56,045 nt of DNA, taken from positions 1 to 56,045 of IMG/VR virus record IMGVR_UViG_3300036790_000795; one strand, 5' to 3'. The DNA comes from a virus (taxonomy: Duplodnaviria > Caudoviricetes). The notes under the pieces were generated by a model, which saw only the letters and a program-made list of their open reading frames with translations, did no database searches and had not been told where the DNA came from. The position numbers were made by a program, and so were the translations under genes. The first letter of the stretch is position 1; each line of letters begins with the position of its first letter. Shown here in pieces: positions 1 through 8,319 of this stretch.

Positions 1-726
1 GTGAGCGTCGAGCCTGTCTTCGACGATGGCCAGATCCGGCTCTATCACGGTGACTGCCGGGAGATCCTGCCGCAGCTCGAGGCGGAGGTGGTCATCACAG
101 ATCCGCCGTACGGGGCGCGGCTCTACCCGACCGACACGGACGCTCTGAGCCCCGCTCTGCTCGCCTCGTGGGTCGCTGCGTATCGGTCTGTCGCGGTCTT
201 TGGCTGGCCCGAGCGACTGGTAGGCATGTGTGTGGATGCTGGTGTGCACCCATCGGAGTGGGTCACTTGGTGGCCGACCAATGCACGGTATCGCGGCTTC
301 AACCCTCGTGGCCTGTGGCGCGAGTGTGAGTGCATCGCCGCCTTCGGTGATGGTGACTGGACGGTGCTACGTCAGCCACGGGCAGTCACGACGACACCGA
401 TGCCCAATCGAGGGAAGCGCATCCCGGCAGGCAAAGAGCGCGCCGATGCGCAGATGGGGGACGTCTGGCGCGACGAGTCGCCACGGCTGAATCCGAATCA
501 ACGGGGGCGCCTGCATCCGAACCAGAAGCCCGAGAGCCTCATGCGGCGCTTAATCTCCGTCACCACAGGGACGGTATGCGACCCATTTGCGGGCTCCGGA
601 TCGACCCTCTCGGCGGCTCGTGCGCTCGGACGCCGCGCCGTCGGCATCGAGATCGAGGAGAGCTACTGCGCGGTCATCATTGAGCGCCTCGCACAGACAT
701 CTCTTGAGACGGGGGTAGCTGCGTGA
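1..726 (+). CDS. DNA amino-methyltransferase (N6-adenine/N4-cytosine, beta class)
   Basis: Motifs LYHGDC, ITDPPY (catalytic), HPNQKP, DPFAGSGST (SAM binding), GIEIEESY. Confidence 0.93.
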   Translation: MSVEPVFDDGQIRLYHGDCREILPQLEAEVVITDPPYGARLYPTDTDALSPALLASWVAAYRSVAVFGWPERLVGMCVDAGVHPSEWVTWWPTNARYRGFNPRGLWRECECIAAFGDGDWTVLRQPRAVTTTPMPNRGKRIPAGKERADAQMGDVWRDESPRLNPNQRGRLHPNQKPESLMRRLISVTTGTVCDPFAGSGSTLSAARALGRRAVGIEIEESYCAVIIERLAQTSLETGVAA

Positions 727-956
727 CCTCTCGTCCTGTTGTGTTGTGGTGGACGGAGTTGCCTCGCGGTGAGGTCGCTCCGATGTTGATCGGGGCCGCG
801 AGATTCGAGCGCCGATGGCGAGCGCTCGCCAGCCATGTGGAGGACCTGAAGGCTGAGATCCTGACGTTCGGCGCGGCGTCGCTCGTGCCGCCCGCACTGA
901 CGCATCAGCTCGCGAAGGCTCGGCGCAGGCTCAGGGCACTGGAGCGGACCTCGTGA
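723..956 (+). CDS. hypothetical phage protein
   Basis: GTGA-coupled ORF in operon. Confidence 0.6.
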   Translation: MTSRPVVLWWTELPRGEVAPMLIGAARFERRWRALASHVEDLKAEILTFGAASLVPPALTHQLAKARRRLRALERTS

Positions 957-1198
957 GCGCTGTCGGGCACTTAGGGCCGTGCTCGCTGTGCGCTGGTGTT
1001 CTCCCGGATGGCGAGTGGTGTCGAGCCTGCGGCTACAAGCATCCAGGGGGGCGCAAGCCTGTCGAGCCGATGACGGGCTTGCCGTTGGCAATCAGGCTCG
1101 CGAAGGGCGCGTGCCTGAGCACCGATAGCCGCGAGCAGAGAGAAGCGTTCCATGCGGCCTGTGTTGAGCGCGCCCAGCGGGAGGGAGAGCAGCGGTGA
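953..1198 (+). CDS. hypothetical Zn-binding protein
   Basis: CxxC..CxxC; GTGA coupling at both ends. Confidence 0.65.
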   Translation: MSAVGHLGPCSLCAGVLPDGEWCRACGYKHPGGRKPVEPMTGLPLAIRLAKGACLSTDSREQREAFHAACVERAQREGEQR

Positions 1199-1506
1199 GC
1201 GGCATCAAGCGCCGCAATGGCGCGCTCGTGGGCTGGACGCGCAACGCGGGCTTCTCGCTGGAGATGCCGTGGAGGAACCCGACACGGCGTCGGCAGGTCC
1301 TGCGGCTGACTGTGCGTGTGCGCGCTCGACGGCGCTGGAGATGGTTCCGGGTCGAGATCGCGTGGCCTCGTCGTGATCTGCGGCTTGGTCGCGGGACGTG
1401 GACGCTGGAAGCAAAATCCTGGCTGACTGATGCTTCGATGAGGGGCGCGATTGGCCTGAAGACGTTCGTGCGTTTGAAGGTTGGGCTCGGGGGTCGTCAG
1501 TCGTGA
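1195..1506 (+). CDS. hypothetical protein
   Basis: GTGA coupling, RBS GGAG. Confidence 0.55.
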   Translation: MSGIKRRNGALVGWTRNAGFSLEMPWRNPTRRRQVLRLTVRVRARRRWRWFRVEIAWPRRDLRLGRGTWTLEAKSWLTDASMRGAIGLKTFVRLKVGLGGRQS

Positions 1507-1706
1507 CGCGCAAGCAGCGTCAGTACGGTCGCGGGCTCAGCCGCAGTCCGCTGGGAATGTCGAAGCATCGGACAAGCGGTCGGCCTCCACGCTCAGGCGG
1601 CCTGAAGATGTGGATGGCCCGTGAAGTCGAGGGCCTTCGCGAGAGGCGTCCGGCACCGCGCATGTACTCGTCGATCGCAGAGCTGATGAGCGAGCGTCGT
1701 CGGTGA
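1503..1706 (+). CDS. hypothetical basic protein
   Basis: GTGA coupling. Confidence 0.55.
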   Translation: MTRKQRQYGRGLSRSPLGMSKHRTSGRPPRSGGLKMWMAREVEGLRERRPAPRMYSSIAELMSERRR

Positions 1707-1963
1707 GCGTGTCTCCACGGACCTGGACGCTGCTCGGCGAACATGGTTGCTCGACTGTGCTCGGCCCCCAGCTCGGACCGTTCCATCGCGTCGAGGTCGT
1801 CGAGCTTGAGCCTCTCCTAGATCTGCTGGAGCTGTTCGTTGAACCCATCGACTGTCGGTTGGATCACCACGGCTCCTGCCAGCAGCACGGGTGGCTCGAC
1901 GAGGGCCGCTGCTACCAGGCGCTCATGAAGGATCTGTTGCGTGAGCACGGGAGACTGACGTGA
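1703..1963 (+). CDS. hypothetical protein (CRLDHHGSCQQH motif)
   Basis: GTGA coupling; Cys/His cluster of the kind seen in small actinophage proteins. Confidence 0.65.
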   Translation: MSVSPRTWTLLGEHGCSTVLGPQLGPFHRVEVVELEPLLDLLELFVEPIDCRLDHHGSCQQHGWLDEGRCYQALMKDLLREHGRLT

Positions 1964-2208
1964 GCCGCGTGGCGACGGTCAGCCAGATGAGGAATCTCGC
2001 GATTCTCGCGGACCCGCGGACCGTGATCCTCGCTGCCCCGCGTCATGCGCCGTGGCCAGCACTGCGAGCCCATGGGTGGATTGAGCCCGTGGACGATCCG
2101 GGCTCGGCGTGCATTGAGAGGATCACACCCGAGGGGCTACGCGCTCTCGCTGACGCGCTTGAGCGTCACGGCTATGAGGCGCTGCTCAACACGGGACGGC
2201 AGGCGTGA
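1960..2208 (+). CDS. hypothetical protein (possible winged helix)
   Basis: ALRAHGWI...ITPEG pattern; GTGA coupling. Confidence 0.6.
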   Translation: MSRVATVSQMRNLAILADPRTVILAAPRHAPWPALRAHGWIEPVDDPGSACIERITPEGLRALADALERHGYEALLNTGRQA

Positions 2209-3146
2209 ATGTCGGCTCGTGCTTCTCAGGCGTCGGCATCCTCGACTACGGGCTCACTCTCGCCGGGCTCAAGCACGCCTGGTTCTGCGAGGCTGACGAG
2301 TTCAGGCGAAGCATCCTCGCCAAGCGCTGGCCCGGAAAGCCCATCGTCTCTGACATTCGAGGGCTCGGAGCTGCGACTGTTCAGCGAGTCGACGTCATCG
2401 CTGGCGGCTTCCCCTGCAAGGGAGCAAGCACCGCGGGGAAGCGCAACGGGTTCGAGCATGCCGAGACCGTTCTGTGGCGAGAGATGGCCCGCGCCATTGG
2501 CGAGCTTCGACCGCGATATGTGCTGCTGGAGAACGTGGCGAACCTCCTTGTTCTCAGGCCCGACGGAGGAGAGCCCGGAGAGTTGTGGGCCGAGGTTCTC
2601 GGGACCTTGGCCGCGCTCGGATTCGATGTCGAATGGGACTGTCTACCAGCGGCAGCCGTCGGCGCCCCGCACCTCCGTGACCGGGTCTTCGCCATTGCTA
2701 CCCACGCCGATGGCGAGGACGCACGGTGGCACTCAGATCTCCTCAGCATCAAGGGAGGGCGGCCTGATGCTGGAGGAGACGATCAAACTGCTGCCAACTC
2801 CGGTCAGCGGAGACTCTCGCAACAGCCGCAACGGGACGGCGCAGCGGCGCGCGGGAGCACCCGGTCATCCCGGCATGACGCTGAGCGACGTGGCGTTCGA
2901 GTGGAGTGGGGCGACTTCGAGCCCGCGATCGGACGGTGGGAGCAGATCCACGGGCTTGCGCCTGAGCCCTTGGTTCGTCGAGTGGATGATCGGGGCGCCA
3001 TGCGGGTGGAGCGATCCCGGCTGTCTGCTCTCGGCGACGGCGTTCAAGTGCAGGTGGGAAGGCTCGTCGGAGAACGACTCCTCAAGCTGGAGCGAAAGCG
3101 CGTGAAGGCTGAGGCTCAACGGAGAGCGAGCGTGGCAGCGTGCTAA
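2205..3146 (+). CDS. C5-cytosine DNA methyltransferase, alpha-like polypeptide (motifs I-VIII and X)
   Basis: FSGVG (I), GGFPC (IV), ENV (VI), PHLRDRVF (VIII), LSALGDGV (X); motif IX absent in this frame. Confidence 0.92.
   Translation: MNVGSCFSGVGILDYGLTLAGLKHAWFCEADEFRRSILAKRWPGKPIVSDIRGLGAATVQRVDVIAGGFPCKGASTAGKRNGFEHAETVLWREMARAIGELRPRYVLLENVANLLVLRPDGGEPGELWAEVLGTLAALGFDVEWDCLPAAAVGAPHLRDRVFAIATHADGEDARWHSDLLSIKGGRPDAGGDDQTAANSGQRRLSQQPQRDGAAARGSTRSSRHDAERRGVRVEWGDFEPAIGRWEQIHGLAPEPLVRRVDDRGAMRVERSRLSALGDGVQVQVGRLVGERLLKLERKRVKAEAQRRASVAAC
2209..3105 (+). CDS. C5-methyltransferase beta-like polypeptide in the overlapping +1 frame (TRD-like LLPTP repeats and motif IX)
   Basis: 298-codon open frame inside the MTase gene with LLPTP x2 and RLSPWFVEWMIGAPCGW; true start uncertain (2209 or 2458). 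Confidence 0.7.
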   Translation: MSARASQASASSTTGSLSPGSSTPGSARLTSSGEASSPSAGPESPSSLTFEGSELRLFSESTSSLAASPAREQAPRGSATGSSMPRPFCGERWPAPLASFDRDMCCWRTWRTSLFSGPTEESPESCGPRFSGPWPRSDSMSNGTVYQRQPSAPRTSVTGSSPLLPTPMARTHGGTQISSASREGGLMLEETIKLLPTPVSGDSRNSRNGTAQRRAGAPGHPGMTLSDVAFEWSGATSSPRSDGGSRSTGLRLSPWFVEWMIGAPCGWSDPGCLLSATAFKCRWEGSSENDSSSWSESA

Positions 3147-3370
3147 ACGCCATGCGTCTTTTTTGCGGTCTCGATGAGCCTACTCAACGCCTGAGCCTCG
3201 GTTGCGCCCTCACCGACAGTCGAGAACTCTCCATGCTTCTCGCTATCGACGGGTGGCTCCATGGACGCGACCCAACCCTCCTTGGTCTTGGTCGTCTGCA
3301 CCGTGCAGCCCAACGATTCTGCCAGCTGTTCAGCGGCGGCGCTTACGCGTTGGAGGGCATCGTCGGGCAT
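3143..3370 (-). CDS. small reverse-oriented protein, HicB-like fold candidate
   Basis: GWVAS...GEGATEAQALSRL pattern; TAAGAT -10 lies 6 nt before ATG (leaderless). Confidence 0.5.
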   Translation of the reverse strand: MPDDALQRVSAAAEQLAESLGCTVQTTKTKEGWVASMEPPVDSEKHGEFSTVGEGATEAQALSRLIETAKKTHGV

Positions 3371-3393
3371 CCCCTCATCTTAGGAGGTCGCGT

Positions 3394-3780
3394 GTGAGCT
3401 CTCGCGCTATCAGCGACGAGCTGGAGGAGCGCGTATGCGCGTGTGGTTGCCCAGCCTCAATGGAGGGCAAGCGCAAGAAAGCCGTCTACGCCTCGGCCGC
3501 CTGCAAGACGAGGGATTGGAAGCGTCGGAAAGGAATCACCGGCATACGGTATGTAAAAGCGTCACAGAACCGTAAATCGTCCGGTATCCAGGTGTCGTAC
3601 TGGAAGACACGGGCTCTGATGCGCCTCCGGCTCGTCGCGACTGCCCGGAGGAAACCGTTCGACGATCTGACGTTGAACGAGGCGTTGGACGTAGCACTCG
3701 GCGTACTCGACGAGGCCGTGCCGGCGAAGCAACGCGAACTGCTTGAGCAGCGAACCACTACCAGTAGGAGGGCAGCCTGA
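3394..3780 (+). CDS. hypothetical Zn-binding protein
   Basis: RBS AGGAGG, GTG start; CACGC...SAACK motif. Confidence 0.7.
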   Translation: MSSRAISDELEERVCACGCPASMEGKRKKAVYASAACKTRDWKRRKGITGIRYVKASQNRKSSGIQVSYWKTRALMRLRLVATARRKPFDDLTLNEALDVALGVLDEAVPAKQRELLEQRTTTSRRAA

Positions 3781-3781
3781 G

Positions 3782-4147
3782 ATGGGCTTATTCGGTGATC
3801 CAAAGATGGCGATGTGTCCGTCGTGCAATGAGCCGTTGATCTCGACCTTTGCGTTTCGCGGCTACGAGTTCTACTGCCTTTGCTGCGGCCGGCATCTCGA
3901 GTTCTTGAAACCTGTCGGCGCAGAGGTCACGCCGGAGCTAACCGCGCGCCAAGAGGCGTTGCAAGCGGAATGGGACGAGCACGCCGGCCGCAAGCTGCTG
4001 ATCTCCGGCTGGTACGACGACTGTGAGCTCTGCAAAGCGCGCGACGAGGGGTATCACCGAGAACACGCCACCAACGAGGAGCGTGACGCCGATCGGCAGG
4101 CGCGCGAGTGGCTCGTGGATCGAGCAAAGCGGAAGGAGCCAGCATGA
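3782..4147 (+). CDS. hypothetical Zn-ribbon protein
   Basis: RBS GGAGG; CPSC, CLCC and CELC motifs. Confidence 0.7.
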   Translation: MGLFGDPKMAMCPSCNEPLISTFAFRGYEFYCLCCGRHLEFLKPVGAEVTPELTARQEALQAEWDEHAGRKLLISGWYDDCELCKARDEGYHREHATNEERDADRQAREWLVDRAKRKEPA

Positions 4148-4350
4148 CCGTAGAGCACTCTGAGCCCGCGCGCACGCGTAAGGCGGTCGTCAGCTACGCG
4201 CTGGCTGATTCGTCGGACGTGAAGCGCCAGGCTCTCCTTGACGGCATGAGGGATTGCGCCGCCGAGCTGCTGGAGCTGGGCGAGTCGAGGGAGAGCCTGA
4301 ACGACGCGATCGAACAACTCGGCTCCGATGTCGAAACGGGGTGCATCTGA
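4144..4350 (+). CDS. hypothetical protein
   Basis: RBS AAGGAG, ATGA coupling. Confidence 0.6.
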   Translation: MTVEHSEPARTRKAVVSYALADSSDVKRQALLDGMRDCAAELLELGESRESLNDAIEQLGSDVETGCI

Positions 4351-4757
4351 TGCCTGACTCTGTAGAGCACTCTGAGCACCCGAAGTCTGTGCGCGAGGCT
4401 GAGCGTGCCGCCAATCCCGACGCACCACCGCAGCCAGCTGACTATCTCTGCGATGAGTGCGGTTGTCGCGAGGCGTGGCTTGTCGATGGGGCGATGCTCA
4501 GCGACATCATCGAGGATGTCTGGGATCACCTGGACGACTCGACATTCGAGATCGTCAGGGCCTACTACCGACTGCGCTGGACGACACCGGAGGAGCTTGC
4601 CGACGAAGACAAGCTCTACGACCTTTTCGGTGATCACGAGATGTCGGGCATCGACACGTCGGTCGTTTACGAGGAGGTCACGAAGGATCACGAGGATGAC
4701 CCCGACGTGCATCTCTTCGTGCGCTTCGAGGCTGTCAAGGAGACCGCCGATGCCTGA
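4350..4757 (+). CDS. hypothetical acidic protein
   Basis: TGATG coupling; CDEC motif. Confidence 0.65.
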   Translation: MPDSVEHSEHPKSVREAERAANPDAPPQPADYLCDECGCREAWLVDGAMLSDIIEDVWDHLDDSTFEIVRAYYRLRWTTPEELADEDKLYDLFGDHEMSGIDTSVVYEEVTKDHEDDPDVHLFVRFEAVKETADA

Positions 4758-5172
4758 CTCCGACCCACGTATGATAGAGGTAGTCGCTCAGATTCTCTAC
4801 GGCGAACGGGATGAGCCCCGCAACGCGTTTCTGCCGCTGTGGGATCGACAGACTGAAGCCCGGCAGAATCACTTCCGTGAGAAGGCTCAATTTATCCTCG
4901 CCGCCCTAGACGACTACTACGGCAAGCGGGCCCTTGAGATGGTCGATCGTTACGGCGACCTTGAGCCTGCACCCGACGACCCTTCCCTCCGGGATCTCCT
5001 ACGAACGCTCTCGGCGGTCAACGCGCGGGTGCCCATGGAGGGCGTCGAAACAGATGATCTTGTTGCTGCGGGGCTGCTTGATGTCGGTCGGGATGGCGTT
5101 GGCCCCTTCGTGCGCCTCACCGACAAGGCTCGTGAGTTGATCCGTGCAGCTATCAACCAAGAGGAGGCGTAG
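4750..5172 (+). CDS. hypothetical protein
   Basis: RBS AAGGAG; C-terminal wHTH-like LVAAGLL..VRLTDKAR. Confidence 0.65.
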   Translation: MPDSDPRMIEVVAQILYGERDEPRNAFLPLWDRQTEARQNHFREKAQFILAALDDYYGKRALEMVDRYGDLEPAPDDPSLRDLLRTLSAVNARVPMEGVETDDLVAAGLLDVGRDGVGPFVRLTDKARELIRAAINQEEA

Positions 5173-5370
5173 ATGGGGCTCACTGTGAAGATAGAAGGCG
5201 TGAACGATCACGAAACACTGGCGCGCTTCGCTCGCGGGGAGGAGGTCGGCGACGAGGCGATCGACATCTTAGAAGCGCTCGGCTGGGTGCGCAGCATTCC
5301 CGCCGTGACGAGCGCCGGACGCGCGGTTCTGGAAGAGGACAGAACTGTTCCTTGGAGCTGGAGGAAATGA
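5173..5370 (+). CDS. hypothetical protein
   Basis: RBS GGAGG; LEALGWV..VTSAGR wing-like motif. Confidence 0.6.
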   Translation: MGLTVKIEGVNDHETLARFARGEEVGDEAIDILEALGWVRSIPAVTSAGRAVLEEDRTVPWSWRK

Positions 5371-6269
5371 TGCCCGACGAGTCGAGCAGCGAGGAGCGGG
5401 AGGTACTTGCGGCCGCGCTTGAGGATGGCGCGATCCCAGGCGAGGATCCGGTCCGTGCATGGCTGCGAGGTGGCGAGCAGGGGTTCGAGGCCGCTAAGCG
5501 CTTCTACTCGGCCGACCCCGAAAGTCTGGCCGGCCGGCTTGATGTGGCGGAAAGGGACTCCGCAGCAAGCGACGCTCGCATAGCCGAGTTGCGGGCCGAG
5601 GTCGACAGGTTGGATGAACTGCGGAGGTCAACAGAAGATGATGAGGATCGAAACGCGGGATCAGATGCTGGTCGCGGTGCGGGCGATGAACCCGTGCAGG
5701 GCGAAGACGGGATCGGCAGTGGCGGTCCTGGGGTGGATCGCTCTCGTCGAGCGAGTGATCGCAGCCGAAGCTCACTAGTAGCCGAGCCATCCTCTGCCAA
5801 GGAACGTCGTAGGGCGGTGGTCAGTCGTGCTGCTGAGCAGGTGCGGCGCGGCATTCCGGTCACGCGAGCAGCAAGCGCCTCTACCGAGGAGCAAGCGGAC
5901 GAAATGTGCGTGTGTGGCCATCCGCGTAGGTCACACACTGGGGGCGCGCACGATGGCCTCTGCGGTCAATGTGCATCGTTCCGGGCCAAGCGGCAGGAGA
6001 TCACAGAGGAACCCGAACGGTGCGCAATGTGCGGCACGACCGCAGAGCTGGAGAGTGGGGACTGTGCGTTCTGCGCGGGTCGCGAGTCCATCTCGAAGAT
6101 CACAGATGAGATGGTCGAGACTGCTGCAAAGGCTTTCTGGGAAGAGCTCAAGCCGCGCAGTGTCTTCAGTTGGGATGAGATCACCGAGTCGGGCCGGGCG
6201 GCCAATCGTGGGTACGCCAGGGTGATGCTCCGCGCCGCTCTACTACAGGAGAGCGAGAAGGATGCTTGA
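5367..6269 (+). CDS. hypothetical multidomain protein (coiled coil, CxCGH Zn motif, ITDEMVE domain)
   Basis: RBS GGAGG; mosaic of small phage domains. Confidence 0.65.
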   Translation: MMPDESSSEEREVLAAALEDGAIPGEDPVRAWLRGGEQGFEAAKRFYSADPESLAGRLDVAERDSAASDARIAELRAEVDRLDELRRSTEDDEDRNAGSDAGRGAGDEPVQGEDGIGSGGPGVDRSRRASDRSRSSLVAEPSSAKERRRAVVSRAAEQVRRGIPVTRAASASTEEQADEMCVCGHPRRSHTGGAHDGLCGQCASFRAKRQEITEEPERCAMCGTTAELESGDCAFCAGRESISKITDEMVETAAKAFWEELKPRSVFSWDEITESGRAANRGYARVMLRAALLQESEKDA

Positions 6270-6447
6270 CGCTTTCGCGGTGCTGTTTCTTGTCCTGTTC
6301 GTCCTCTATCTCGCGGAGCCCCGCCGTGGTGGGCACCGGCCACCGAAGTCGATGCGGACGCCGCATCGACCGCCCCCCACGCCTGCCGATGCAAGCACGT
6401 CTGCGCGTCCCCGTCGAGCACAGCAGGAGGCGAGAGCGAGTGAGTGA
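6262..6447 (+). CDS. small membrane protein
   Basis: N-terminal hydrophobic helix AFAVLFLVLFVLYL. Confidence 0.55.
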   Translation: MLDAFAVLFLVLFVLYLAEPRRGGHRPPKSMRTPHRPPPTPADASTSARPRRAQQEARASE

Positions 6448-6657
6448 TCAGGTTGTCTCTCGCGCTCGCCTGCGCAGATTGCCGGTGCGTTGCATTGAGA
6501 GCCCGAGGCGTTGCGCGATGGTGGCTTGGGTGATGCGCTCGGCCCAGGAGCGGCGTAGCAGCTCGTCTCGTTGGGCGATGAGCTGTTGTCGCTTGGCTTC
6601 CAGGCCGGTAAGGCGCGCTTGCACCTTGGCGAGCTGGTCGAGAGTCGAGTCAGGCAT
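6448..6657 (-). CDS. small HTH DNA-binding protein
   Basis: ITQATIAQRLGLSMQRTGNL helix-turn-helix after a coiled coil. Confidence 0.75.
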   Translation of the reverse strand: MPDSTLDQLAKVQARLTGLEAKRQQLIAQRDELLRRSWAERITQATIAQRLGLSMQRTGNLRRRARETT

Positions 6658-7057
6658 TGGTGTTACGCTCGCGGCGAAGCACGTCTCCATCACGCCAGCA
6701 GCGCACTGTCTCGTCGGGGTAGAGGCGCAATCCCGAGATGCCAGGGACGTCATCCGGGACCCCGGCCGCGTAGTCGAGGTCGGTGGGGAGTGCGTAGCCG
6801 ACATGGAGGGCATTTCGGCCAAAGGGAGTGATCGAGTCAATGCGCTGTGCTGTGCCAGCCTCGTCGATGACGAGGTCGCCAGGTTGCAGCTCGTCTCCGC
6901 GGCGCAGAGGTGCGCCATGCCGCAGCGCGAGCCATGTGCGTTCGTTCGCATGGGCTGCCTCGTCGGTGCCCGTGCTGTGGATCTCGTTGCGCCCTGTGAT
7001 GCGCTCGACGATCTCGGCGGTGGTCAATGCTCGGTTGAGGTCGGTCTGGGTGCTCAT
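6650..7057 (-). CDS. hypothetical protein (moron gene)
   Basis: RBS GAGGAG; own promoter upstream; ELQPGDLV beta-barrel-like motif. Confidence 0.7.
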   Translation of the reverse strand: MSTQTDLNRALTTAEIVERITGRNEIHSTGTDEAAHANERTWLALRHGAPLRRGDELQPGDLVIDEAGTAQRIDSITPFGRNALHVGYALPTDLDYAAGVPDDVPGISGLRLYPDETVRCWRDGDVLRRERNTNA

Positions 7058-7096
7058 GTGGCTCTCCTCGGTTGGGGTGGTTTGGATCATGAGCAC

Positions 7097-7138
7097 AGCT
7101 TAGCACAGGGACGAGCATCATGTCAAGGGGACGAGCAT
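7097..7138 (-). promoter_or_regulatory. sigma70-type promoter with two direct-repeat operators
   Basis: Minus strand TTGACA (7121-7126)-18 nt-TGcTAAGCT (-10 at 7097-7102); GGGACGAGCAT at 7108-7118 and 7128-7138 flanks the -35. Confidence 0.75.
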
Positions 7139-7188
7139 ACGACTGCGGGGAACTACCTACCGGAGAATCGAGTGAGGGGAGCCAGCGA

Positions 7189-7677
7189 GTGATCGTCACA
7201 CAGGGACAGCACGATGCGAGAGAGGAGGTCACGACCCTTCTGCGCCGCGAGCTCCGCCAGGCCATCGCCGAACTAGAACTCTGCTCCCATGTGTCCGCGG
7301 TCAACCCGAGCCCATCAGGACGGGACGCTGGAACGGACATCGGCGGCAACAGACCATCTGGCGGTGTCGATGGCCGTGACGATCGCGTGCATGACCACAA
7401 GCTGAAGTCCGCCGAGCACTTCAAGCGCCGGGTCGCGAAAGCCCGCGCAGAGCAGACCCTACGAGCCATCCTGAAGGAGGCTCGTGAAGCACTGGAGGCT
7501 TGGCGCCGGCAGCCACCCCCAAAGGATGTCGGCCACCCGATGCCTGGCGACCATGACTGGAAGCGGTGGGTTGGAGAATCACAGCTGCCAGCAAGGGAGA
7601 TCGCCAGGAAGTGCAGTGTCTCGCGCGCGTACGTAGAAAAGGTGCGTAGGCAGTACGCCGACCGTATGGCGGCGTAG
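7189..7677 (+). CDS. HTH-containing protein, possible late transcription regulator
   Basis: C-terminal LPAREIARKCSVSRAYVEKVR HTH; lies ahead of the packaging genes. Confidence 0.65.
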   Translation: MIVTQGQHDAREEVTTLLRRELRQAIAELELCSHVSAVNPSPSGRDAGTDIGGNRPSGGVDGRDDRVHDHKLKSAEHFKRRVAKARAEQTLRAILKEAREALEAWRRQPPPKDVGHPMPGDHDWKRWVGESQLPAREIARKCSVSRAYVEKVRRQYADRMAA

Positions 7678-7686
7678 GGTGGAACA

Positions 7687-7890
7687 ATGAAGACCTTGGA
7701 GGCAACTCTCGCTCGACTCGCGCGCCTGTACCGCAAGGAAGATGTGGATGGCCAGCCCCCCGGTGCGTTCGGGCAGTTCCGGGGAGCCTATGAAGATGCC
7801 GTTGCTTGCGGTGTGAGCGATGGGCGCATCTACGAGTTGACGGGCTATACGCGCGTCGAATTGGACGATCAGCTCGGCCCCGTCGAGTGA
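7687..7890 (+). CDS. hypothetical protein (possible HTH)
   Basis: GVSDGRIYELTGYTR pattern. Confidence 0.55.
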   Translation: MKTLEATLARLARLYRKEDVDGQPPGAFGQFRGAYEDAVACGVSDGRIYELTGYTRVELDDQLGPVE

Positions 7891-8063
7891 TGGACCGCTT
7901 CGGTCGCGAGACGCTTGAGGAGTTCGCGGCTCGACTTGCCGGCGACGGCGAACGATTCAGCATCGCAAAAGCGAAGGCTGACTACGTGGAAGGCCGCATC
8001 GACTGCAATGAGATGGAGCGCCGAATCGAGGCGGCTTTGCATTCCATCCGCAGAGCGTGTTAA
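7890..8063 (+). CDS. SHOCT-like small protein
   Basis: AKADYVEGRIDCNEMERR. Confidence 0.55.
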   Translation: MDRFGRETLEEFAARLAGDGERFSIAKAKADYVEGRIDCNEMERRIEAALHSIRRAC

Positions 8064-8163
8064 TGTGCAACCACTCTGTAGGCTCGCTGGTGTTGTCGGT
8101 GTAGATGGTCTAGCGCACCGGCCTTGAAGATCCGGCGAGCCGCAGTCGTTCTAGGGGGTTTGG

Positions 8164-8319
8164 ATGCTCAACACGGCGGCGCTCGCCTTCCTCATTGGCG
8201 TATGCGTGGTGGGGGCTATCGCTTTGGGTTGCCCGCGCCATCACTGCGTTCGCTGCGGCAAAGCCCGTGACGGACGCGTAGCTGGCGGCACCGTTCGCTG
8301 CGTGGACGCAGAGTCGTGA
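8164..8319 (+). CDS. small membrane-anchored Cys protein (not in ORF track)
   Basis: MLNTAALAFLIGVCVVGAIALG..CVRC; GTGA-coupled to the next gene. Confidence 0.5.
   Translation: MLNTAALAFLIGVCVVGAIALGCPRHHCVRCGKARDGRVAGGTVRCVDAES

Noticed and set aside
1-3146. Restriction-modification system
   Set aside because: No cognate restriction endonuclease nearby; orphan MTases are common phage anti-restriction genes
8095-8160. Functional tRNA gene
   Set aside because: No T-arm GTTCRANNC and no acceptor stem; kept only as a low-interest remnant
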